Below, piece after piece: positions 15,930 to 23,221 of a stretch of 39,759 nucleotides of DNA. Position 1 is the first letter of the stretch. Each line of letters begins with the position of its first letter. The translations under genes and the position numbers were made by a program. The stretch is from assembly GCA_038322405.1 (NCBI GenBank), contig JBBQFV010000001.1, positions 1 through 39,759 on the forward strand, given 5' to 3'. The stretch is from Patescibacteria group bacterium (GTDB taxonomy: Bacteria; Patescibacteriota; UBA1384; CAILIB01). The notes beneath the pieces were generated by a model, which was not told where the DNA came from, searched no databases, and was given only the letters and a program-made list of their open reading frames with translations.

Positions 15930-16475
15930 TTAACGTGAATATCTGGTAATCAGTTTTATCCGCTCAACATCTCGAGTCTCCCTCTGGGAACGTAAGCCGT
16001 CTTCACGTGTAGCGAGGGCGTTCCGCTTGATATTTTCCCGCTTGGCAAGGGCGTTCCGCTTGCTTTCCTCGCGGTCAGAGAGAGCTTGCTTTCGAATATC
16101 TTGCTGGTCGGCAACAGCTTTTCTTTCCAGGTTTGTCACCGCCCGGTCGTAAATACGATTTGCCACTTCAACCGTTTGTTCGTACTCGTCGTTGGCTGCT
16201 TTCACAACCAGCTCGTACTCGCCGTTGGCTGCTTTCACAACCAGCTCGTACTCGCCGTTGGCTGAACCAAAAGCCTTGTCGTAAGCCTGGCCTAGCAACG
16301 AGGCATTCCTCTGATGATCCTTATCCAACCCTTCCCACTGATCTCGAAAGGCAGTGTTCGTGGCGCAGGTAAGCGCGATGTCTAATGCTTCCTTTTGCTC
16401 ATGATAGGCCTCATCAGGATTCTTAGACGCGAGAAGAAGGCTGATGAACGATACCGCAATAGCGTGCTTTTTCAT
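15930..16475 (-). CDS. secreted coiled-coil-like repeat protein
   Basis: GAGG lies 8 nt upstream of ATG 16475. It has a signal peptide (MKKHAIAVSFISLLLAS), internal ANGEYELVVKA repeats and a charged helical C-terminus (KRNALAKRENIKRNALATRED). Confidence 0.6.
   Translation of the reverse strand: MKKHAIAVSFISLLLASKNPDEAYHEQKEALDIALTCATNTAFRDQWEGLDKDHQRNASLLGQAYDKAFGSANGEYELVVKAANGEYELVVKAANDEYEQTVEVANRIYDRAVTNLERKAVADQQDIRKQALSDREESKRNALAKRENIKRNALATREDGLRSQRETRDVERIKLITRYSR
16180..16265. repeat. 33-bp tandem repeat, about 2.6 copies, inside the secreted-protein gene
   Basis: tcgtactcg[t/c]cgttggctgctttcacaaccagc at 16180-16212 and 16213-16245, with a partial copy at 16246-16265. It is in frame (11 codons per unit). 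Confidence 0.85.
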
Positions 16476-16608
16476 TTGTTTTCCTCGGTCAAACTGAACT
16501 ATTGTCGACCGTCCCACGTAAACACCTAGCCAGAGCTTTCCCTGTCCAATTGATGCGTTCAGCTTCTTTATAGCTCAAAATGCCTTCTTTTACAAGAGGG
16601 GAGGGTTA

Positions 16609-16635
16609 AAAAGACAGCTATCAGAGCTGTCTTTT
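16609..16635 (-). terminator. 11-bp stem hairpin and terminator overlapping the stop codon of the ATPase fragment
   Basis: aaaagacagct (16609-16619), loop atcag, agctgtctttt (16625-16635). The T run is in the stem arm on either strand. Confidence 0.5.
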
Positions 16636-17023
16636 ATTTGGCTACCGCCTCGCAGTAGGAGTCGGTACTGCCGAGTAGAGTTAGCAGGATACTGAAGCCG
16701 TAGGCGGCGGTAATTCCGACCGCGATCAGCACCGACATATTCAGATCTCGTTTCTTCAGGGAGAAGTAGGCCGAATACAAGAAAAGCCACCCAGCGTAAA
16801 AGTAGACCGGGGTTGTGAGGATAAAGAGCAGCCACGGAACAGGAATGGGACTATAAAGTTGCAGCCCAAGGATTTTCGCCCCGAGTGGCGAGTAGGCAAT
16901 GATCGGCAAGGTGAAGGCAAGCGCAAAGAAAAACTTGCGCTTGATATCCTGCTCCATAAGACTCGCCATCTCCCGTCCGGCAAGGCCGGTGTGATCCATG
17001 CCCATGGTCATCGTCATGCTCAT
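16634..17023 (-). pseudogene. N-terminal 130-aa fragment of a heavy-metal (CopA/CopB-type) P1B ATPase
   Basis: AAGGAG lies 9 nt upstream of ATG 17023. MSMTMTMGMDHTGLAGREMASLMEQDIKRKFFFALAFTLPIIAYSP...WLLFILTTPVYFYAGWLFLYSAYFSLKKRDLNMSVLIAVGITAAYGFS covers the first four TM helices of P1B ATPases. The actuator, phosphorylation (DKTGT) and nucleotide domains are absent. Confidence 0.7.
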
Positions 17024-17096
17024 CTTGAACTTCTCCTTGCGGAGTTTCAGAGGGTCATAGAGACAAAGCGTTTCAGAGGCCAGATGGCCAGAGGAA

Positions 17097-17735
17097 CTAA
17101 GGGACGAGAACCGCGGGAGAGAAGACCTGGTAGTCAGCATGCCAGACGTCCGGGACCGCAACGGGATAGGCCAAGACGAGCCACCCCTGGCGGCCGGAGC
17201 CCCAGCGGTAGCCGTTGGTCAGGAGCGGCCCGTCCTCACCTTTCGGCTGCTTTTTGATCATTGCCGCCACGTAGGTGAGCGTCGTTTCAGCGGCTGCTTC
17301 GCCACCGAGCTCACTTATGATCGGGCTGTCAGCCGAGGTCTTGCAGAGCTTGTGCACCCGCAGAGTGGCGGACGAAACGTCCTGCTCGACATGACTGGAT
17401 CCGCCCAGAAAATGGCTTTCGAAGTAGCTCCCGAGGTCGAACTTGATCCCATCCGGCTGCTTTCTCTCCTTGAAGAAGTCAGCGGCCTTAAAGGTTTCTG
17501 CTCCAGGAACTTCCACCGTAGTGACGGGTTCCAGGATGGTGGGTTTCGGGATGGCGGTGACAGCGTCCTCAGTCGGGCAGATCTTTGCTTCAAAACGAAT
17601 GACCCGTAGCACATCAGCCAGGGTCTGGCCCACGCATAGGCTTTTGATCTCCTCGTTGGTCCAGCCGCAGCGGCGGAATGCCAACTTGAGTTCGTTCGCC
17701 TGTCCAACGTCGAGCATCAGCTCAGAGTCTTTCAT
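17097..17735 (-). CDS. hypothetical 212-aa protein (intact orphan gene within the island)
   Basis: AAGGAG lies 8 nt upstream of ATG 17735. The ORF is uninterrupted and noticeably GC-rich. No motif I can assign. Confidence 0.6.
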   Translation of the reverse strand: MKDSELMLDVGQANELKLAFRRCGWTNEEIKSLCVGQTLADVLRVIRFEAKICPTEDAVTAIPKPTILEPVTTVEVPGAETFKAADFFKERKQPDGIKFDLGSYFESHFLGGSSHVEQDVSSATLRVHKLCKTSADSPIISELGGEAAAETTLTYVAAMIKKQPKGEDGPLLTNGYRWGSGRQGWLVLAYPVAVPDVWHADYQVFSPAVLVP

Positions 17736-17752
17736 TGCACTTCTCCTTGTAT

Positions 17753-17870
17753 GTTTCGCTTTCGGCGAAACTAAACCTCAGTCCGACACTGTCGGATCAG
17801 CAGGCGCATCTTCTCATTGAGATGAGCACCCAGCACGCCACGAACGTGACGAAATAGGTGCTCATCTCAA
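17753..17870 (-). promoter_or_regulatory. highly structured 5' leader of the 17097-17735 gene (three hairpins, including a 14-bp perfect stem)
   Basis: Hairpins are gtttcgc/gcgaaac (17753-17771) and tccgac/gtcgga (17782-17796). The third is ttgagatgagcacc (17817-17830) / ggtgctcatctcaa (17857-17870) with a 26-nt loop. Confidence 0.45.
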
Positions 17871-17902
17871 GTGCGGTTTTCGATCTGTAAAAGAACGGTG
17901 TG

Positions 17903-17931
17903 AGGATACCATAAAGGTATCGTTTTATCAA
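17903..17931 (-). promoter_or_regulatory. candidate promoter for the 17097-17735 gene
   Basis: On the minus strand: TTGATA (complement of 17926-17931), 17-nt spacer, TATCCT (complement of 17903-17908). This predicts a leader of about 160 nt. Confidence 0.35.
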
Positions 17932-18108
17932 TCCTAGAGCCGGAATATTGAGCTTTTGTCATATTAGAAGAACCAAATCTAAACCAGTTTTTCTCAAGCT
18001 CGCTGATTAGACCCACACTCCGGCCGACACAATAACTAAAATATCACAGAAATGCTGCCACAGTTGCCATTGCCACTTCTCAATTTAGCTGGTGAATGAA
18101 GTTGGCAA

Positions 18109-18671
18109 TCAGGCATCCTCCCGCTTTGAAGTGCCTCGCTCCCTAAAGATTGCTTCTACATCGGCACTCGTTACAACCTTAAAGGCTTCAGTCCGGATAT
18201 TCTCATCCATGAGATTAATCCTGACCAGAACTTCTCCGACCATGATGGCCGCCTCAATTCGCCCTAAAGAACCTCCGTGGAGACCGGCATAATCAGCTAA
18301 TCCTCGTAGCTTTGCTGCGGAATCCCCTAGTGCAGGGTTGTGAGGATCGACAATATCAATCACATACTGCCATCGCCCACCTTCCGTATAAAAATGAAGT
18401 CGGGATAGAGCGTCTTAAACTGCCCGGAGTCGCCAAGGTAAGGGATCGCCAATGCCCAAGGCTTTCTTGGAATGCTTCGAAGCCAATAGCTAACCGAAGG
18501 GTCGGAGAGCTCGGACCTAACCACTTCCTGCTCCCACTCATTTAGCTCTGCAAAATAAGAGCCCGTTTCGCTTTGGTAAATATGCTTTTCCCAGGCCGTA
18601 CCAAGCTTGGGCACGTCTAGAGTCTCAGGAAATCTGAGCTGAGAAAGTTCGGGTTCTGATGCAAGGCCCAT
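18109..18671 (-). pseudogene. C-terminal nuclease-domain fragment of a type III restriction Res / helicase-like protein, frameshifted and 5'-truncated
   Basis: Two abutting minus ORFs read ...NEWEQEVVRSELSDPSVSYWLRSIPRKPWALAIPYLGDSGQFKTLYPDFIFIRKVGDGS / IDIVDPHNPALGDSAAKLRGLADYA. The wW.RN...w...IpY...g....yPDF...v.ivE.K... pattern is the PD-(D/E)xK tail of such enzymes. The whole helicase body is missing. Confidence 0.4.
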
Positions 18672-18680
18672 GATTTCTTC

Positions 18681-18920
18681 GTAAACCTGAGTCCTTGGGA
18701 GAATGGCTACCAGGAATCATTCTATGGAAAATTCAAGTTAGAACTGGGAAGCCTCAACCACTGCGCAACTATCGGAGAAGCGGTGGCTGTCATTCACCTC
18801 CAGATCACCTACTACAACACCCGCAGGATTCACACTGCACTTAAAATGCCACCAACAATCTTCAAGGAGCGCTGTGCTCACCAAATGGTTGAGAACAAGG
18901 CTCTAGAAAGATTGAGCTAA
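18681..18920 (+). mobile_element. IS3-family transposase, C-terminal (rve) fragment only
   Basis: My translation, with no start codon, reads VNLSPWENGYQESFYGKFKLELGSLNHCATIGEAVAVIHLQITYYNTRRIHTALKMPPTIFKERC...*. It matches the P.qNG..ESFnGklk.E......eA...i...i.YYN..R.H.aL tail of IS3-family integrases. Confidence 0.6.
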
Positions 18921-18921
18921 T

Positions 18922-19335
18922 GTGTATGAAGAAAGGGGTCATTTACACAAGCGCATTGAACGGCAGTCGGACTCGGATCTTGCCTACCTGGATACCGCAT
19001 CTTTGATCTTCGATCTTTTCCAAGCTGCCATAGCGATCTACCTTAAGGGAAATCCTGAGCAAAAACGCCAGATATTCAGCCATGTATTTGAGAAGCTTGT
19101 TATCCGCGGCAACGTACTTGAAGCCACGTACACAAAGCCCTATTGGCTAATCTCCCAAGCGGTGGAACAGACTAACCGTTCGAAGGGCGTCAAATTAGGC
19201 GAAATTCCAAAGTTTATCTTCGAACATCAAGTTATAGACTCTGTAAACAAGAAAGACCAACCTTTGGGGGTTGATCATCCTTGTTGGCTGGCTAGCTGGT
19301 TCGATTTTAGAACTTATTTTATCAGTAAGGCTTAA
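18922..19335 (+). pseudogene. C-terminal fragment of a large serine recombinase
   Basis: YEERGHLHKRIERQSDSDLAYLDTASLIFDLFQAAIAIYLKGNPEQKRQIFSHVFEKLVIRGNVLEATYTKPYWLI resembles the post-zinc-ribbon coiled-coil tail of recombinase-family proteins. The resolvase catalytic domain is absent. It begins 1 nt after the IS3 fragment stop. Confidence 0.45.
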
Positions 19336-19610
19336 GTATTTTTTCCAGTGAGCCTAAGCGTATTTGAATCATCACTATGAGTTCTACCCGAATCAACATG
19401 GTCATCACTAATTTTAGCTCCATTCTTTATAATATGAACTAATGCCATTGCATGACCTCTACCTAATTCAAAATCTTCTTTTAGCCAATTAACAATTTCC
19501 ATAGATTTTGTATCTTTGTTAAAATCTTTTTTGCTAGCTAAAGCGATAAATTCATTTGGCGTTTTTCCTGTTTTTTCCTCTATATTGTCTAGATAAGCTT
19601 GAAATGACAT
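19332..19610 (-). CDS. DUF4287-family protein
   Basis: MSFQAYLDNIEEKTGKTPNEFIALASKK...IVNWLKEDFELGRGHAMALVHII is the DUF4287 signature. The gene is markedly AT-rich. Confidence 0.75.
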   Translation of the reverse strand: MSFQAYLDNIEEKTGKTPNEFIALASKKDFNKDTKSMEIVNWLKEDFELGRGHAMALVHIIKNGAKISDDHVDSGRTHSDDSNTLRLTGKNT

Positions 19611-19635
19611 AATTTTAAAATAATGTTGATAATAA

Positions 19636-20073
19636 TCAAATTTTTATTAAGGAAATCATTTTTTCTAATCTACGATCTTGAGTTTCTTTTGATTTAGCAT
19701 CATTAATCTGCCGAACAAATTCTTTGCGCTTGGAGTAGGCTAATTTTGAAAATACCTCAGTTAAATCTTCTTTTATAAGTGCTGATTTTAATACTGCGGG
19801 TACTTCCACTTCGCGTACATCACTATCAAGTTCCAGACTTACTCTAATTTCGTCACCCGCACCGATACCAGTTGCCTCTCGATAAAACTTTGGGAAAGAA
19901 ATCATAAATTTACCCTTCATTACAGCAACAGTACTTTTATACTGAAATCCATTAACACTTACGTTGACTGGTGGTCTTTTACTTAACCCTAACTCTGCAA
20001 TATTTTCTTCTGGAACTTGAATACCTGTATTATTACCAATTCCTAATAATTTTGTACTAAATGCTGTTTTCAT
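19636..20073 (-). CDS. DUF1905 + YdeI/OmpD-associated family protein
   Basis: MKTAFSTKLLGIGNNTGIQVPEENIAELGLSKRPPVNVSVNGFQYKSTVAVMKGKFMISFP...LAYSKRKEFVRQINDAKSKETQDRRLEKMI. ATG 20073 is preferred; the listed ORF to 20259 reads through the tRNA. The gene is markedly AT-rich. Confidence 0.75.
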   Translation of the reverse strand: MKTAFSTKLLGIGNNTGIQVPEENIAELGLSKRPPVNVSVNGFQYKSTVAVMKGKFMISFPKFYREATGIGAGDEIRVSLELDSDVREVEVPAVLKSALIKEDLTEVFSKLAYSKRKEFVRQINDAKSKETQDRRLEKMISLIKI

Positions 20074-20134
20074 ATAGTTATAGTAGCAAAAAATAATAAT
20101 TAGATAACTATGTTCATGTTCGATAAAAATAAGG

Positions 20135-20152
20135 TGGCTGCCTGGGTAGGAT
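20135..20152. repeat. tRNA-proximal att-like direct repeat (3' 18 nt of tRNA-Gln)
   Basis: Exact partner of 15651-15668. Confidence 0.8.
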
Positions 20153-20209
20153 TCGAACCTACGGTAACCTGATCCAGAATCAGGCGCCTTACCACTTGGC
20201 CACCAGGCA
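20135..20209 (-). tRNA. tRNA-Gln (anticodon CUG), CCA encoded
   Basis: The minus-strand 75 nt read UGCCUGG-UG-GCC-AAGUGGUAA-GGC-G-CCUGA-UUCUGGA-UCAGG-UUACC-GUAGG-UUCGAAU-CCUAC-CCAGGCA-G-CCA. All four stems pair, with U1-A72 as in E. coli tRNA-Gln, to which it aligns position by position. Confidence 0.92.
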
Positions 20210-20247
20210 ATGAGTGAAACGAGTTGGCTGATGGACGAGGGGCAATC

Positions 20248-20265
20248 CCACTTGGCCACCAGGCA
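20248..20265. repeat. orphan copy of the first 18 nt of tRNA-Gln, 38 bp upstream of the intact gene
   Basis: ccacttggccaccaggca occurs at 20192-20209 (5' end of the tRNA) and again at 20248-20265. The second copy has no T arm or anticodon arm after it. Confidence 0.75.
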
Positions 20266-20351
20266 TAATGACTACATAATTCCCTACACCAAACTCCAAC
20301 AGGTCCAGAGCTCAGGTATTCTAGCCTATTCCCCCACCCCGAGCAAGTTGT

Positions 20352-20567
20352 TTATTTAGGAAACTCGGTTTGGTCAGGCTTGGCATCTAACTTGGCGGCC
20401 CAGCGAATGAGCAGGGCGGCCGCAATCACTACAACCGCTACTTCGGCCACCGTGAGGGCGGTTTTGCTGGCATCGCCCCAGGTTACCAAGCCAAATATGG
20501 CCAATATCGCAATTGTCGCAGCAATAGTTACCAAAACAATGACAAGCGTTTGATAGATATGTTTCAT
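20352..20567 (-). CDS. small two-TM membrane protein
   Basis: 71 aa with two hydrophobic helices. It overlaps the upstream gene by 4 nt. Confidence 0.5.
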   Translation of the reverse strand: MKHIYQTLVIVLVTIAATIAILAIFGLVTWGDASKTALTVAEVAVVVIAAALLIRWAAKLDAKPDQTEFPK

Positions 20568-21355
20568 AGGTTGTCCTCCTCTTTAACAGAGGGATTTAGG
20601 TTACGGTTTGCTTCAAGTTGACGGAATACATGGGCGCCAGCAACCCCCACCAGCGGCAGGGCAATGAGCAGTCCAATAAGTACGGCAATTGTCCCAAGCA
20701 ATAAAATGCCGCCGCAGATAACCATAAACCAGAGCAACTGCCAACGTACCCCCTGGGTAAGCTGGCTGCTTTCTAGGAGCGATTTGCCGATGCTTGGTTC
20801 GCCATCGACTAGGGCAAAGAAGCCGAAACCGAAACGAATGTAGACATATAAAATAGGGAGCAGAACGGCAAGGGTAACCAGTATTACCGCAATGGCAGGA
20901 TAGGTAAAGGCAAAACTAAGTAAGAACGGTCCGGCGTGACCAAACTGCACAAGTAAGGCAAAAATGATCCCTAATATGACATAGCCAATGGCGGCAATAA
21001 TATTCACCACAATGGTGGCCCCAATCAGGCGAACAAGCATTTCGGGAGTAATGCCCTTAAATAGTGCGGAAAAGTTTTTGGCCGTGCCATCGACAAACTG
21101 CAGGCAAACCCGAATGGCGAGTGCCGTGAAAATTGCGCTTACCGCCAAGGACAAAAGGGAGCGCGCCAGCATGGAAACCGGCGAACCAGTCGTCCCCAGT
21201 ACCGCCACCTGCCAATTTAAACCTGGAGAAATTATGGCAGAAATAATCCAGTTCAGCACAAAGAGCAAGGCAATAACCGGTATGAGAAGCGCCCAGCGCT
21301 CGCTAAAAGTTTTCCAGCTAAACTTGAATGCTTCTTTGATCGAGAAATAGGACAT
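20564..21355 (-). CDS. polytopic integral membrane protein (DUF975-like topology)
   Basis: MSYFSIKEAFKFSWKTFSERWALLIPVIALLFVLNW... followed by 6 or more TM segments. ATG 21355 is preferred over the listed 21406. Confidence 0.6.
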   Translation of the reverse strand: MSYFSIKEAFKFSWKTFSERWALLIPVIALLFVLNWIISAIISPGLNWQVAVLGTTGSPVSMLARSLLSLAVSAIFTALAIRVCLQFVDGTAKNFSALFKGITPEMLVRLIGATIVVNIIAAIGYVILGIIFALLVQFGHAGPFLLSFAFTYPAIAVILVTLAVLLPILYVYIRFGFGFFALVDGEPSIGKSLLESSQLTQGVRWQLLWFMVICGGILLLGTIAVLIGLLIALPLVGVAGAHVFRQLEANRNLNPSVKEEDNL

Positions 21356-21392
21356 TAGGTGCTGCTTGCTTTTCTCTAGCCTACAGGTTTGC

Positions 21393-22874
21393 TCACACCC
21401 CTGCAATGACTAGGCGCAACCGGGCTACTGATTCATCCTTGCCGAGTACCGTGAGCATTTCAAATGCTCCTGGGCTGGCTGGCACACCTGTAAGGCTCGC
21501 CCTAATTGGCCAAAGCACCGCCATGTTGCTGTGTTCGCCCATGACAATGAACAGGCGTAGCTGTTCATCCAATTTTTCGTGAGTCCAGTCATTTTCGGGA
21601 ATATTTTGCAGGTAATCGGTCACTTTTCGTAATACCTCGATGGTACTGGCATGATCGCCTTTTTTAGGAACTATTAATTCTTGCATCTCAGGAGTTATGG
21701 CCGGTCTCTCGAAGAAAAAACTGGTAAACTCGGGTGCTTGGTCGAGGTGTTTGAGCCGTTCATGTACCGCGGCAGTGACGGCGAGCAGGAAATTGCCGGG
21801 CTCTGCTGCTATGCCTGCCCTTTGCAAAAATGGCAGGATCATATTGGCCATTTCCCCTATCGAATAGCGACGCAAGTACCAACCGCTCACAAAGTCGAGC
21901 CGCTCAAAGCTAAATTTGGCGGGTGAGGTTTGTACTCGTTGGATATCAAACCGCCTGATGAGATCTTCCCTGGTGAAGAACTCTTCTTCAGTGCCTGGGG
22001 ACCAGCCGAGGAAGCAGAGCATGTTGAACAGGGCGTCGGGCAGGTAACCGCGCTCCCGATACTGGGCCACATTTACGTCCCCATCGCGCTTAGAGAGCTT
22101 GTGCCGGCCATCTGGCCCTAATATGACAGGAACATGAGCAAAGGCCGGTGGGGCCCAGCCAAAGGCCTCATAGAGCAGTAGGTTCTTAGGTAGCGACGGT
22201 AGCCATTCCTGGCCGCGAATGACCCGGTCAATTTCCATGAAGTGGTCATCTACCACGCTTGCTAGCTGATAAGTAGGAAAACCGTCGGTTTTCAGGAGCA
22301 CGTAGTCGTCCAAATCTTTGGTATTGAATACTACTTCCCCAAAAACGGTGTCCTGGGTCTTTATTTCCCGTTCGAGGGGCAATGCGTGCCTAATTACAAA
22401 TGGCTCGCCTGCGGCTGCCCTTTTGTCACTTTCGGCGCGGGGCAGGTCACGAAACCGGCGGTCATAGTGCGGCGCTTCGCCTTTGGACTGCTGCGCTTCA
22501 CGCATCTTTTCTAGTTCTTCACTGGTGGCGAAGCAACGGTAGGCATGGCCGCTCTCGAGCAGCTCGTTGGCATATTTTTGATATATTTCCAGCCGTTCCG
22601 ACTGAATATACGGCCCTTTGTCACCTTTTTGTACTACATTTCCAGTTTCATCAAGGGTGACGCCTTCGTCGGGCAAGAGGCCCATCCAAGCCATGTCTTC
22701 CAGTTGACGCTTGAGCGAACCTTCAACGAGGCGTGCTTGATCGGTGTCTTCGACCCGCATGATGAATACGCCGTCGTGCCCACGGGCAATGAGCCAGTTA
22801 AAAATGACAGTGCGTAGGCTGCCGAGGTGCAGTTCACCGGTTGGACTTGGGGCGTATCGGACACGGACGCTCAT
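21393..22874 (-). CDS. gltX: glutamyl-tRNA synthetase
   Basis: 493 aa. The class I signatures are present: RYAPSPTGELHLGSLRT and KLSKRDG (KMSKS). Confidence 0.93.
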   Translation of the reverse strand: MSVRVRYAPSPTGELHLGSLRTVIFNWLIARGHDGVFIMRVEDTDQARLVEGSLKRQLEDMAWMGLLPDEGVTLDETGNVVQKGDKGPYIQSERLEIYQKYANELLESGHAYRCFATSEELEKMREAQQSKGEAPHYDRRFRDLPRAESDKRAAAGEPFVIRHALPLEREIKTQDTVFGEVVFNTKDLDDYVLLKTDGFPTYQLASVVDDHFMEIDRVIRGQEWLPSLPKNLLLYEAFGWAPPAFAHVPVILGPDGRHKLSKRDGDVNVAQYRERGYLPDALFNMLCFLGWSPGTEEEFFTREDLIRRFDIQRVQTSPAKFSFERLDFVSGWYLRRYSIGEMANMILPFLQRAGIAAEPGNFLLAVTAAVHERLKHLDQAPEFTSFFFERPAITPEMQELIVPKKGDHASTIEVLRKVTDYLQNIPENDWTHEKLDEQLRLFIVMGEHSNMAVLWPIRASLTGVPASPGAFEMLTVLGKDESVARLRLVIAGV

Positions 22875-23215
22875 TCGAGGACGTTTAAGTAGTGGTTTAT
22901 GACAGGAGTATGATCTGGTTCCCAGTATAGCGTAACCACATCAAGACGCACATTGTTTTCTGGATACTGCGCGGCGAGCAGGTTGAGCGCCCGGCGTAGC
23001 CGACGAAGCTTAGCGGCGCCTACTGCTTGGAGCGGATCCGCAAACCTGGTAGAGCGGGTTTTCACCTCAACAAGCACAAGGCAGTCGCCATCTCGGCAAA
23101 TAATGTCAGCCTCACTGAAACGGGCCCGCACGTTTGTGGCAATAATATGATAGCCCTTAGAACGCAAAAGCTCGGCGGCTTGGGTTTCCCCTTGCGCACC
23201 GAGCTCTGATCTCAT
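22871..23215 (-). CDS. yraN: YraN-family (UPF0102) endonuclease-like protein
   Basis: 114 aa. GETQAAELLRSKGYHIIATNVR...EADIICRDGDCLVLVEVKTR is the family signature. It overlaps gltX by 4 nt. Confidence 0.85.
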   Translation of the reverse strand: MRSELGAQGETQAAELLRSKGYHIIATNVRARFSEADIICRDGDCLVLVEVKTRSTRFADPLQAVGAAKLRRLRRALNLLAAQYPENNVRLDVVTLYWEPDHTPVINHYLNVLE

Positions 23216-23221
23216 ACTTCG

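Larger units (their letters stand above)
15651..20152. mobile_element. degraded integrative genomic island in the 3' end of tRNA-Gln, bounded by 18-bp direct repeats
   Basis: tggctgcctgggtaggat occurs at 15651-15668 and at 20135-20152, the latter being the 3' end of the tRNA. The interior holds recombinase and transposase fragments, truncated genes and compositionally patchy cargo. Confidence 0.7.

Noticed and set aside
15677-16265. CRISPR array (tandem repeats at 15677-15708 and 16180-16265)
   Set aside because: There are only two abutting 16-bp units without spacers in one case. The other is an in-frame 33-bp coding repeat. No repeat-spacer architecture occurs anywhere in the window.
15773-16635. 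A shared repeat family behind the two island hairpins, both of which contain aaagacag...ctgtcttt
   Set aside because: The similarity is limited to about 8 nt per arm, with different loops and lengths. That is too short to distinguish from chance without a genome-wide search.
20074-20259. Upstream extension of ORF 19636-20259
   Set aside because: It reads straight through tRNA-Gln on the same strand. The DUF1905 homology starts at ATG 20073.
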